Of a stretch of DNA of 64,000 bases, positions 23,221-35,114 are shown in pieces. The DNA comes from Fistulifera solaris. Lineage: Eukaryota. Position 1 is the stretch's first letter, and every line of letters begins with the position of its first letter. The position numbers and the translations under genes are program-made. The notes under the pieces were generated by a model. That model made no database searches and was not told the DNA's origin. It was given only the letters and a program-made list of their open reading frames with translations. The stretch spans positions 1,302,001 through 1,366,000 of the forward strand of contig AP026126.1 of NCBI GenBank assembly GCA_030295235.1. The letters are read 5' to 3'.

Positions 23221-25193
23221 ATGAGAAGTATTGCAGAGGATAAAAGAGATCTTAGGCGGCTTGCTGAACAGCGGAAAAATCCCCCTGTACGATTAGTAAC
23301 ATCGTCCGGTTCCATGACTTTACGAAGACGGAGATCTGACAATGATGTCAAGTCATGTTGGGAGGTAGAGGCGACAACGCCAATGACTTCAAGACCGCAT
23401 TTCTCGTCACCGCGAAGTAGTTCACCTCGGTATGAGCATTCTCGGCTGAAAAAGCCGAGGGCTGTTTCACTGGGGTCAGCCCTAGAACAAGAACGCCTTC
23501 TTGACACGACAACATTTTCTGGTTATTTGAGCGTGCCCTCTTATTCCCAATACCAGGCTAGAGCAGACCGAGCGGAAGAGGAGTCAACAACGGCAGTTCC
23601 TCAGATTCTGCGTTTCCCGGAAAGAACATATTCGCAACTGATTATTGAAACAACAGAGGAGAGTCCATTCTTGGCCGTTCACGATGAGTACATTGAAGAG
23701 TTAAAGTGCAATTCGCTTGCTGATGCGACAAAATGGTTCGAAGATTTCGGTATCAACGTACTGTACGGCATGATTAACGCCACAATTGTTCTACCGGTTC
23801 TCCTTTCGTTCGCATCTATCATTTACCAGGACGCCTTTTTCTCGCCCTTCATGCCAGTTCTTGTCAAACTCACTCTGACGTCTGGTATCATTCATCAAAT
23901 ATGCTTTTCATCATTCTCTTCACTTCCATTTGCTGTGGGCCAGGTTCAAGATGCCGGGCTGATCTTTCTACACTCAATGGCGTCGTATATCGTGATTTAT
24001 TGCCGGCAAAACGTCCCAAACTGCGATGACGAAACCCTCTTGGCTACAGTTACAATTATGCTTGCTTTATGTACGGCATCCTTGGGTTGTGGTTTGATCT
24101 TGATAGGGAGATGGAAACTCGCGCAATACGTCCAAATGCTACCGACGGCTGTGATGGGAGGCTATTTGGCGTTCATAGGCTATTTCTGCGGTCTAGCCGG
24201 ATTGAAATTAATGGCAGGGTCACCGGCTGAATTCACGCTTTGTACCATTCTGGATAAATGGCCCTTTATACTTCCTGGAGTTGTAGGAGGCCTGTTTCTC
24301 TACGTCTCGGTTCGGAAACTGAGGCACATGGCCGTTCTGCCGTCTTGCATTCTTCTCTTGCTGTGTATTTTTTACACCGCGTTAATAATCAGTGGCACGA
24401 CAATCGAAGAGGCAACTAGAATGGGATGGATTCGATCGATGGAACGTCCTCCTTCTTGGTATCACACGTGGGATTACTTTCGGTTCGACAAGGTTGTCTG
24501 GTCTGTATTTCCAAGACTCTTTCCGACGCTATTTGGAATGATCTTCGTCGTAGCGCTTTCAAGTTCTCTGGATGTCGCAGCAATCGAGCTAGAGCTGAAG
24601 CGTCCGCTGGACTACAATAAGGAACTTCGAATGGTTGGGATCAGCAATTTAGTTTCTGGCCTAACAGGTACGTTGAAATGCTGCTGATTGCTGTTTTTAT
24701 TTTCTATGCCTTACAATTGCTACCCCTATCGCCAACACAAAAAGGTGGATACACAGGAAGTTACATCTTTAGTCAAACGATTTTCTCCCTCCGCGCTGGC
24801 ATTCGATCGCCAATAGCTGGATTTGCACTAGCAGCATTTCAGGGAATTATTTTCACCTTACCATTTCCGGTCCTCTCTTACATTCCGAACTTCTTCTTTG
24901 GCTCTTTGCTGGTTATGATATGTGTTGATCTCATGAACGAATGGCTTTGGGAAGTTCGGAATCGCGTGAAGCCAGCCGAATACTACATTTGCATATTTAC
25001 CTTTGCGTGTTGTCTCTTTCTGGCCGTGGAGACAGGCATTTGTTGCGGAGTCGCTGTGTTTATTGGATGCAAGAGATTTAGCGTTGACGTCGGAGAAAAT
25101 CACGAGCACGATGATGGGCACTCGGTTAAAGGAACGTGTCACACAAATGCAGATGAGTATGCAATCATGAACCCATCCGAAAACTATTCTTGA
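23221..25193 (+). CDS. SulP/SLC26-family anion transporter
   Basis: FSSLPFAVGQVQDAGLIFL, LPTAVMGGYLAFIG, DYNKELRMVGISNLVSGLTG / GYTGSYIFSQT. Intron at about 24668-24744. Confidence 0.85.
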
Positions 25194-25661
25194 TTGTGAG
25201 CTGGGCTTGTGAAGGATCACGACATTGTTTTAAGAAATCAAAGCAACATAGATCAACTAGACCAGAGTAAAGCACTTCAAGCAAACGACAGGGAATGCAA
25301 AGATTCTCATAAATTGGAGCATTTCTGAAACAAAGAGCGACATTTCTGTCAAGAAGTTAAATAAATTGACAAAAATAACGATTGTAGCTAGAAAAATTTA
25401 ATCCGATCGGTGGAGGGGTGGGTTTGTGTTTGTGGGCTTTTGCAAGACCTTAGGAAATCAATCGTGAAGTTCAAGTCGTACGGAATGTACGACGTCCGTC
25501 CAGGTAAAATGCTCCTCTATTACGTACGGAGTAGTATTCTTGCTTCTTGTTATCGCGCCTTCTTATTTGAACACTTCCACCTTTCCAAGAAGGGGGTTCG
25601 AGGTTACATAGCACACGTAGCTTGATACAAGTTGAAGTGGAAATCATCGTAGCGTTGCAAC

Positions 25662-26386
25662 ATGTTCAGAAAGTTTGATCCAACTACGGATGTTTCGACG
25701 AGCACGCAAGTGAAAGCTTCCGTACAGCGTGGGCTGAAGAGTCAATTACTCGACAAACACCCGTTGCTGACAGAAGACATTCTTGATGCTTTCATTGCGA
25801 AAAAGTCTCCTCTTGTTCAGTACAAAATTGGTCCCCACCTTATGCTGTACTGTCGCAAGATAGATCATGAGAACAAAAGTCCGACACAAGAACCAATCCT
25901 GTTTCAACACAGGGACGGACCCATCATGCCGGCCCTTCGTCTCGTTCACCAATATCCCACGCTGGAATTCACGAAAGTAACCGTAGACAAAGGAGCTATT
26001 CCGTTTCTTTTAGGTGGAGCGAACGTAATGTGTCCTGGTCTGACGAACCCGGGGGGTGAAATGCCACCAGACGGAGTCGAACAGGATGCGAACGGATTTG
26101 ACAAACCTGGTCTAGAGAAAGGTGACGGCGTTGTCATCTACGCCGAAGGAAAGGAGTTCGCTTTGGCGATTGGTGTCATGTTGATGAGCAGTGTGGATGT
26201 GTAAGTTTGTTGCTCTTCAATCAAAACTGTTCTTGATGAGTTTGTGTCCATGTTCTAATTCTCTTTCTTTCGATCTGTGAATCTCTATCTTGACGTCTAA
26301 ATTACAGTCGATCGAAAAACAAGGGTATCGCAATTGAGCTATTACATTATTTGGGTGATGGTTTGTTTCAATCGGATGAAATATAG
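25662..26386 (+). CDS. MCTS1: MCTS1/Tma20 PUA-domain translation reinitiation factor
   Basis: MFRKF..TQVKASVQRG and VDKGAIPFLLGGANVMCPGLT. Intron 26201-about 26307. The last exon encodes KNKGIAIELLHYLGDGLF. Confidence 0.92.
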
Positions 26387-26425
26387 TCAGAGAACAAAAC
26401 TAAGCTTGCTATAGCCCCGCGTAAC

Positions 26426-26710
26426 TTATTTCTTCTTTGTCTTTTGTCGATCAAGATATTGTGATAAGTAATACAGCGTACTAGCTCGGCCTTTGCTGTC
26501 CTCTTTGTCATTTCGATCGTAGCAATCTTCCAAGTCTTTCACATATTTCCAAAGGGGTCGAATATCGTAGTCGGCTACTTCCATAGCGTTTGTGATTCGC
26601 TCAATTTCCGTGTAGCACGGGTTCACTTTTCTCGAAGCGCTCTTAGAGTAGAAAATAGATGGTAAGAAACGGACGCGTTGCTTGTTTGAAATCATGAGTT
26701 TTGTGAGCAA
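26426..26710 (-). CDS. Small hypothetical protein (true start uncertain)
   Basis: 94-codon ORF with protein-like composition, ending in a basic tail and convergent with MCTS1. No motif. Confidence 0.35.
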   Translation of the reverse strand: MLTKLMISNKQRVRFLPSIFYSKSASRKVNPCYTEIERITNAMEVADYDIRPLWKYVKDLEDCYDRNDKEDSKGRASTLYYLSQYLDRQKTKKK

Positions 26711-27268
26711 CTCACCCTGGCTGCCATTCGGAGCTGATCAAGCGTAATTCTGTACTTGATTGGAGGCATGACAAGAACTCTGATTTGTGCTGAGTCAAGC
26801 AGTATAAGGAGAGCTTCTATAGTGCTAACTTCAAAAGAAAGAAGGGACCACAGAGAAGAGCAGAGGCAGCGATCACCATGGGGTCTATTTATTTGCGGTT
26901 CCGCTTTTCTCGTGTCATCATCTCATTACCAATTACCAGGTATTCTCAAGCGCTCTTTGTCTGGCGATGTACAGACGAAATAAAAAATGTGGCGTGTGAT
27001 AATTTCACGTATCCAGAAAATATGGGGGTGCGGTAATTTCAAGTTTCCAGAAGATGATAATCTCGGAGAGTAGATTTTTCGACCTCACATCAGAAAATGA
27101 GGACGAGTGCATTGCAGTGTGATAAGTTGAAAACATCAAATAATTAAAGAACGAACGGAGGTTCAACAGTATAGTCTCTAGCGAGTAAAAAAATTTGAGT
27201 GGAAAGGAACGCGGAGGAGCAAAAGATTGATTAATGATTACCGAGTATGTATTTTTCTTGGAGCGGCC

Positions 27269-28531
27269 ATGAAAGACTCTAAGAAACAAAAAGCGGTTTA
27301 TTTCTTAGGCCAGTTGAGAATATTCGCTGTTATTTTGCTTTCACTGGCAATCGCCCACACGAAAGCAATTAGCCCAGCGTCATTCACAAGGTCTGACTTG
27401 ATACAGAACCTACAAACATGCCACACAGCTGAAGACCTTCTCGAGCGCGTTGGCGAGCACCTTACTAAAAAGGTCGATGCCGACGGGAGTATTACTAGCC
27501 TTGTTTTAGTACGCATGGGAAAAATCCTCATGAACAAGGATAACGAAAGGAGGGAGCAACAGCTGGAAATGCCTCTCCTTCGCAACCGGCACCAGAATGC
27601 GTTGTTATCCGTGGTGAACCGTCTTTGCAGCATCAACGATCTAACCGATATAGAATCTGCAGTCGAAGGAACAAAAGCATGTGCCTCGATCTCGCGTATA
27701 GTCAATAATGAACTCTCGGATGACATAGTTGCTGCCATGAATGATTTCTGGACTATGAAGAGCGACAATTTACTACTAGATTCAAAATTTGAACCACATC
27801 ATCTTTCGGGATTATTTTGGTCTTTTGACACCTACGACTATGTAAAGAGTCGATGTGCGGGCGAGGTAGTCCTTCCCCTGAATTTGAAACAAGCATATGA
27901 CGACTTGAAACTACCATTCCGCATTATACCGGGGTTTTGCGATCACGTTACGGAGCTTTCCGTTCCAGATCTTGCATCCCACGTCAATTTCCGAATCGAC
28001 AGCGTGCACACATCAACCCAGAAAGTAGTCAAAGAACGTCGCGAAACGGCGTGGGAAGGAGATGAAGGGGTCGAGCCATTCAAATATTCCGGCAAGTCTA
28101 TGCCGAGAGATGCATTCTCCCCTACCGTTAGAAGAATCCGAGATTTGCTCGACGAACGGATGGATCAGTACTTCGACTGTTGTCTTTTAAACTTGTACCC
28201 AGACGGCAAAAGTGCTATGCGATATCACATTGACCCAGATCAGGGCTCGTTATGGGACTTCGACACGGTCGTTGTTAGTGTGGGTGCTTCGCGAAGATTT
28301 AGCTTTCGACGCAACAATTCTGAAAGCGAAAAGCCTCATACCTTTGTCGTTATGCACGGTGATGTAACGTTCATGTACGGTGACTGCCAAGATACTTTTC
28401 AGCATGCAGTGAAGAAAGCTGACATAAAATCGGAGCAATGCGCTCGAGCAAGCATGGTGTTTAAGCGCAGTTGGGGCTTGAACCGAAAATCCGATGAGAC
28501 ACTGCGTTGGTCGTCAAGAGAGGCCGTCTGA
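27269..28531 (+). CDS. AlkB-family 2OG-Fe(II) dioxygenase with N-terminal extension
   Basis: RETAW, CLLNLYPDGKSAMRYHID (HxD), VSVGASRRF, QHAV, RASMVFK. Hydrophobic N-terminal segment. Confidence 0.85.
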   Translation: MKDSKKQKAVYFLGQLRIFAVILLSLAIAHTKAISPASFTRSDLIQNLQTCHTAEDLLERVGEHLTKKVDADGSITSLVLVRMGKILMNKDNERREQQLEMPLLRNRHQNALLSVVNRLCSINDLTDIESAVEGTKACASISRIVNNELSDDIVAAMNDFWTMKSDNLLLDSKFEPHHLSGLFWSFDTYDYVKSRCAGEVVLPLNLKQAYDDLKLPFRIIPGFCDHVTELSVPDLASHVNFRIDSVHTSTQKVVKERRETAWEGDEGVEPFKYSGKSMPRDAFSPTVRRIRDLLDERMDQYFDCCLLNLYPDGKSAMRYHIDPDQGSLWDFDTVVVSVGASRRFSFRRNNSESEKPHTFVVMHGDVTFMYGDCQDTFQHAVKKADIKSEQCARASMVFKRSWGLNRKSDETLRWSSREAV

Positions 28532-30316
28532 CGAGTTTATTTAATCCCAGCGCTCCGCAGTCAACGTAATATTGTGCTGCGAAAACGTTTCATAGCTTTC
28601 ATTTGAGCGATTCCTTGAGTCCAGTTGCAATGTATTATACATGAACCTTTCATGCATTTCATTGTGGACAATGCAATACCCTTGCCTTTCCCAAAATAAA
28701 CCTGTTATGGGTTGCGCGTCGCGAATCGAAAACGTCTAACATTCCCAACAAAGTCAACCTCGATTCGTCGCCATGAGTCTTGAAAGATTCGTTTACCTAT
28801 TGGCAAGACCGACCAGAAGGGAACTTATACGAACCAAAGATGTTTAACACCGTAGATACTAGACTTTGTGCAATCCGAAAGGTTTGCTTTGCTGTCTTTA
28901 TATTCTCCTAATTGAGCGGTGATAATGCTACGACTCCTGCTACGACGTTGTTAGTAGCGTCATATTTTTGTAAATGTATTAGACAGAAATCGCCAATTGA
29001 AGCCTGTAACTTCCATGTATCTCATTCTATGATTCAAGTACTAGCCTATTTTACGTTCTATCAAACGAAGTAGCTCATCAATCACTCACATTTGCAACCA
29101 ATTCTCTTCTCTCATTCATGGTAGCATATTCTCTCCAGTCTTCGGATATTGGTGAGCATCTTGGTCCTCAGTATATGTTTCCGACGTAAAGTGAATCTTT
29201 CATTGCTAGTTCGATCTGTGTTCACGGGTCATGTTTTATCACTTAGCCGAATGAGTACCCTATCGTATCTAATCATGACTCTGCACGAAAACGTATCTGC
29301 TGTCTGCTGCGCATTTCTTCATTTAGCGCGTTATCCCGACGCGTACATAGGACCTCATCTTTTTCTAGACGCCGGCAAAGCGAAACACTAGGCGAATCCA
29401 GATCTAAGGAGAGGTCTCAGCTGAACGATTATAGCCTAATGCGAAGCCTGCATTCGTGATTTATTAAACGCCATTTGTCATTGCAGAAAAAGGAAGATCG
29501 CTTTGATAGTGCGATATGCAGTTGACGTTTGGAGTGCATTGAGACGAGAATCCAAGACTATAATGTCGCACTTCTTCGCAGCCATCGATTCGTCAAGAAG
29601 ACATAATCCAGTAACATTTTAGTAGACAAAGGATGCTTTGACATGCTACATGACCAAGGAGTCGTTAAGCACCACGAATTGCAAATGAAAGCGGTTGATC
29701 ATTGTAAAATGTGCCGTGACCAGAAAGATCCGTCAATGATCACCGACGACACAGCGTCACGAAAATAGGAAGAAAGGGGAAACCAAGAGGGTTTCGGGTC
29801 ATTTTTCGCATTTCGCACCCTCTATCCTCCATGTGTCTCATACAATGGTGGATAGATAGCCATCCATACATTTTCATGAAATTGGAAAAATATCCGTTTT
29901 AAGGTCATCGATGGCCAGAAAGTGGCAACAAATAATGAGCCAACAGTCGTTTTCATACGTGGTCAGTGGTCAGTGGTCAGCATTTTTCGGCCCAAGAACA
30001 CGGTTCGGTCACAATAGGGTTTCAAAGTATAGGGTAAGTCAGACTATCTTCATCAATTTGACGACGTCGCAGTTGTTTGTAAAATGTCGTCGAGGGTACA
30101 CGGACAGACTGGACCGTTAGAAAGGACTCATGACTAAAAGTTCAAATCGACCTTTCATGACTCCTCAGGTACTATACATTATCCACTATCTTTTCTACGT
30201 ATGTCGCAACGTCTCTCTTTTCCATTTGATGTTTTTAGTGCAACTAATTGCTATGATATAAAGAGTAAATGAGGACTTTTTTTTCTCACTCACTCGCGTG
30301 TTTTTGCCAGCGCAAC

Positions 30317-30946
30317 ATGACGACACCTCCTTTGTCAAGCACACAACAATTCATTCGCAATGCGCAAAATGTAGTGAACTCTCTGATGACGCTTACTAAT
30401 CATACAACAAGTTGCAGCTTTCCACGCAAAGAAAAAGTCAGTGAAAGGCAGCCGAGCGTCTTCGAAAGGGTTTTAGAAAGAATGTTACAGGCATGGTCAA
30501 GGTTCACTCGCGAACAACGAAGACCGTGGAATTTTGTTCTTGGTGCGTTGGCAGTAGGCACTGTAGTCAAGGTGAGACGACTAACGAGGCTTTCCCCTGC
30601 ATCATAATTTCGACTTACTATAATGGCTCAAACTCAAGGTCGCGTACTTTACGGTTTCGCGGAACATGATGGTCCGAGATGCGGAGAGAATTCACAAAGA
30701 AGGGATTGAACATTTGCGCGAAGCTCGCGAATTCGCTGAATGGAGCCAAAAGACCGAGACGCACGTTTACCAAAGCTGACAGAAGAGCAGCATCGGCAAA
30801 TGCAAGAGTACTTGCAGCTGGTTGGAAAACACGGACTGAGCAAAACGCTTACAGAAGATGGAGCTAAGGAATGCCTTGATTGCCCAATTATGACACGGGT
30901 GAAGCAGGCTGTAGGCGGACCTTTCAGTGCTGCTGCCAGACGATGA
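30317..30946 (+). CDS. Small hypothetical single-TM protein, 2 exons
   Basis: Exon 1 ends at GTVVK|GTGAGA (about 30572); acceptor at about 30638. Coding continues VAYFYGF...LPKLTEEQHRQMQEYL with a frameshift. Confidence 0.5.
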
Positions 30947-31578
30947 GTTTGATATGTATGGAGTGACAATGAAATGACCTTGCTAAATTCATGCGCACTT
31001 GGGTGATTTTGTTCATATTGTATCATTATCAATGACAATCGTTCTTTCAAACTTTTTCGCCGTCTTACCCTGGCCCACTGTTTTTAAATATTCTACAAAT
31101 AATCCCCCCTTAAAGTGAAACTGAAACCGAAACGAAGACTTGTCTCGTGCTCATGCAAACTAGCAAGGCGACGTGCAATCGGCGACCGGCTGTTGTTTGG
31201 CAATCTTGTTTGGGTACATTCCAGAAGTAATCCATTTTCAACCAGTAGCTTTGTGCAACGACCACGATTAATGCTCTTTGGGTATGTCTCTTGCGACGAG
31301 ATGAAATGAAGGTACCAGGTTATTTTAGTAAGCCTAGACTTCTAAAGTGTTTACTTTTCTTTTGTCACGACAGAACAGAATTATTTAGTCACGAGTCAGG
31401 CATTTTTCACCGCATTCATTCTTTTTCTTCTTGAAAGGCATTCTTTTATTTGATAGTTGTCCATCCAATCTGAGCAATAGGGTCCGCCATTTAATTTTAG
31501 GACTTTTATCGCTGACGTGATACTGCTGTGATATTCGATTCTGAAGGATAACGCGAGGTCCATCACTTCCATCCAACA

Positions 31579-33385
31579 ATGAAGCCACACCACAGATTTT
31601 CAAAACTCCTCCACATTGCTTTTATCGTCAAAATGATTGATGTGTATGGGTTTCTTCCGATAAGAATGAAAGTAAGATCATGGGAGACACGACCACAAAC
31701 TTATTTCTCGTCTCTCTGGTCGGCAGCGAAGGCGGATTTCGAAAGCAATCGACCATTTCCAATGATGCCATCGCAGCTTTTTTCAGCAATTGACGCTCTC
31801 CCAGCTAGAATTTCTAGCTAGCTCACTTACAACGACAGAAGGGAAACAAAAAATTAAATCAATGGCTTTGTATCTTCCACAGGAAAACCCACGATCCGGA
31901 CAGCTCGAATTCATGCCTGCTGTTATCTTTCCTCATCCCAGTAGCGATCGCATTTTCATTGCCAATCAGGCCAAGTCGGGGCTCGCCCCAAGACTTCCAA
32001 CAACCTTAACGACATTACCCGGGTTCGAACACGCTACCTCCTTGCTTCCCGACTACCCAATGGTCGCAGGCTCGACTGAAGTAGGCGTCGGTGTTGTTGA
32101 AGAAGTCTTGTGTGATGTCGGAGGAGGTGGCGCGGCGCTTTCGGTTCCACTCTTTGCAGGATCGCAGACCGTTGGTGTGTTGCTGGTGTCACCCGCTGTT
32201 CGGCCGACGCAGGGAAGCAGTAGCGTGTGGACTTCCCATGACCGCGAACAAGTTTCCCGGGCGGCTCAGAGCCTTTCTATAGCTCTCTCTATGGACGCGG
32301 AAAAGTCTGTTCTTCAAGTAAAACACAAAGAGGTACAAAAAGCTTTATCGGACAGCTTGCACCAAGTGAAGAATCCGCTACAGGCGCTACGAACATTCGG
32401 AAAGCTGTTGCAACAACGGATCGCTGAAAGCGAATCCGGAGGACAAACTTCAGGTCCGCAACTTCTGGAGCTTGTCGACCTAATGATGGTTCAAAGCGAT
32501 CGACTGATTGATCGCTTGAAACCCGTGGATGGCATTGTTGACACCATGGCGGGCGAACCGTTGCTACTTCCGTTTGCCAGCACTCCTTCACCTTCTAGTG
32601 CGCTCGTACCGTTCAAGATTCCTCTTGTGACAGACCAAAAAGGTGACGTTATTGAATTTGACAACAACGTACTCGAATTCGGTAGAAGAAGTGCCCGAAG
32701 AACTGGTTCCGTTCGAGCCTCGTCGATTAATAACGCCGACGATGACATCTATGGAAACGCTATCGTCTTCCCATCGACTTACTCGAATTCCAGTAATAAC
32801 GAGGTGGTTACTGAAGGCAGAGATAGCGTCAAAACACTCACATTCAAAACGAGAATAGAGCTCGAAATGGCCTTTATTGACGATGTCCTCGAACCTGTAC
32901 TTAGTGCCTTTTCTGTGCTTGCCACTGAAAATGATATCGATTTTCATGTTGATAGCTCCGATGATTTGCCTGGAACACTAGTCGCCCCCGATGCTTTACA
33001 GGAAGCTGTTACCAATCTGCTTGACAATGCGTTCAAGTATGTTCTAATCCCAAAGAAAGATGCGGATGAAAAGGTGAACCCTTCTCCCAAAGTACGAGTT
33101 CGGTATCTTTCGAATAAAGATGCTTTTGAACAAGGTGTGACGATACTCATTGAGGATAATGGGCCCGGTATTCCAGGAGAAGAGCGAAAATCCATTTTTG
33201 ACCGAGGCGTACGCGGGCAACTTACGAAACGAATAGAGGGCTCCGGCATCGGCCTGAGCATCGCTAGAACACTTATACAGCAAATGGGTGGTACTTTGAA
33301 AGTCGCCGACAAAAGACATTACAAGGGAGCACTAGACGGCACAGTGATGGAAATACAAGTTTTTCGAAACCCCGTGATTGATTAG
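31579..33385 (+). CDS. CSK: Chloroplast sensor kinase (Hik2/CSK-type GAF-HisKA-HATPase_c histidine kinase)
   Basis: Presequence ...IDVYG-FL and GAF-like SVPLFAGSQTVGVLLV. H-box SLHQVKNPLQALRTFGKLL, which I recognise as Hik2-like. N, G1 and G2 boxes NLLDNAFKY, DNGPGI, GSGIGL. One frameshift near 31790. Confidence 0.85.
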
Positions 33386-33393
33386 CATCTTAT

Positions 33394-34617
33394 CTATCTG
33401 CTTTTGGGTTTTTGTACGGTTTTTGATCGAAGTGAAATTGGGAAGATTACTTCCTTCCAATTTTCAATGAAGCCACGATTGTAAATATTTTGAGGCTCAG
33501 GACCGGGATGCTCAACTACATTCGGTGATTGAGTTGCTTCTCTATCAGTTTTGTGATCTATCTCCACATCCGGAACGGACGAAGCCGACGTACAGGTGAC
33601 ATCCTTCTCGCGAAGTTGTGGCTTGGCCTGATGCCTCGAGTCGGACACCGGTAGACCTAGTTTAACGGCTTCATTGTATTGCTTGAGCTCAAAGTTATAC
33701 CACTTTCGAACATCGTCCCATTTATACGATTCGTTCGTTGTCATCCCTCGACTGGTGAGCCAAATGTGATACGCAAGGAATAATCCCAAAGCTATTGACA
33801 TGACGCCCATCAAAATCGCCACAGCACATTGTAGAGTAAATCGATCAAAAAGGTATTGAAATAGTAGATAGTTTGTCGCCGGTACTTCTTGGCCGGTAAA
33901 ACGATCCACAAAGACGGCTTGTAAAAGATTCCTTTGTAGCAAATGCCCATAAAAGAGCGCTGCAATAATCGCAGCCCCGTAGCCGCAAGCCACCACATGC
34001 ATCAAAAGGAAAAGAAGGAAGAATCGATAATTTTCTTCTCCAATGGTGTTGTACACCCATCCACAGAAGTGATCGAACCGGGGGACGTTGCCGTTGTATC
34101 TGTGTCGATCGAATTTGCTACGGGCTGGTCGGAGGATCGACGTCGTTTTACATGTTTGCGGCACAAACAACACGTTATCGTAAGGGAAATGATTGTAGCG
34201 GTGTATATTGCTGGCAGTAATGATTCCCGGACTAGTCGATGAGGCGTAGCGCCAAGAAATTATGCATGCCGCAAAGAAAAACAAGCCGATGGCTTTGTGA
34301 TATGAAGCCACGTATTCTTGTTTATCCACCATGGGAAAGACGAAAAACCAAACGATACTCCATCCTCCGTAAAACAATGCCAGGTAGAACATCATGAGAA
34401 ATCGATCGACAAAGAACTGAATACTATACAATACATTTTGTGGAAGTAGTCGATGCAACAGTCCCCACGTTTTCTGCGGAAGCGTTTCCGTGACAAAGAA
34501 GGCCAACTTGGATTCATGCGGATCGGCAAAGAAAAATACGTATATAAAGAGGACAAGTGAGATTGCGTAGATGCCAACAACTGCGGCGAATGCAGCTGTA
34601 GAAAAGGAAAATGCCAT
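33394..34617 (-). CDS. DHHC-family S-acyltransferase (Swf1/ZDHHC4-like) with DHFC variant
   Basis: TM helices, PGII, RPARSK, RFDHFCGWVYNTIGEENYRFF, TTNESYKW, NIYNRGFIENWKEV. Confidence 0.88.
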   Translation of the reverse strand: MAFSFSTAAFAAVVGIYAISLVLFIYVFFFADPHESKLAFFVTETLPQKTWGLLHRLLPQNVLYSIQFFVDRFLMMFYLALFYGGWSIVWFFVFPMVDKQEYVASYHKAIGLFFFAACIISWRYASSTSPGIITASNIHRYNHFPYDNVLFVPQTCKTTSILRPARSKFDRHRYNGNVPRFDHFCGWVYNTIGEENYRFFLLFLLMHVVACGYGAAIIAALFYGHLLQRNLLQAVFVDRFTGQEVPATNYLLFQYLFDRFTLQCAVAILMGVMSIALGLFLAYHIWLTSRGMTTNESYKWDDVRKWYNFELKQYNEAVKLGLPVSDSRHQAKPQLREKDVTCTSASSVPDVEIDHKTDREATQSPNVVEHPGPEPQNIYNRGFIENWKEVIFPISLRSKTVQKPKSR

Positions 34618-34692
34618 GATATATGTATGATAGAGAGATAAATGTTACTGATAAAATTGAGCTGCACCCGTGGTCGAATAGAATATACAATG

Positions 34693-35081
34693 TGTTGGAA
34701 ATGAAGATGGCTGGAGGGTCGTCCGTCGTCGGAGACACGAGGGACGAGACGTGCACACACGGGCAACGAACGGAAATCAGAGAGAATTCCGTGTCGGCCA
34801 TCAACATCAAAGGATGACCCGCCCTGACCACGAAATCGACGAACGTGAAGAGACACACGGCAAATGACTTCAGTAAATCAATTAGCAGCCACAGGAAAGT
34901 GAACACGTCAGCCACGCTGCATCCTGTTGTGACCAGGGGCATAACGACGACGGGCTGAAGTGCTCATTCTTTTGCGTGAATCTAAAGTAATACGAAAGTT
35001 ATCTTTACTCGGTGTTCATAACAATATTCATCGCTGTCTTGATTGGACGCGATTATTGTTACAGAAACTGTAGTTTCAACA
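34693..35081 (+). repeat. 5' LTR (389 bp)
   Basis: TGTTGGAAATG...GTAGTTTCAACA. By eye it matches the 3' LTR except for one extra G (GAACGTGAAG vs GAACGTAAG). Confidence 0.96.
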
Positions 35082-35114
35082 TTCACGCAAAAGAAAAAAA
35101 CTTCTTGAAACAAG

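Noticed and set aside
15836..28531. Functional cluster of sulfur/RNA genes (desulfurase-TtcA, SulP, PUA protein, AlkB)
   Set aside because: The genes are interspersed with unrelated ones, show no shared regulatory signal, and their proximity is expected by chance in a compact eukaryotic genome.
28550..30260. Possible hidden gene in a 1.7-kb gap
   Set aside because: Only short ORFs without motifs are present, and I could not build a consistent exon chain. RNA-seq or tBLASTx would be needed.
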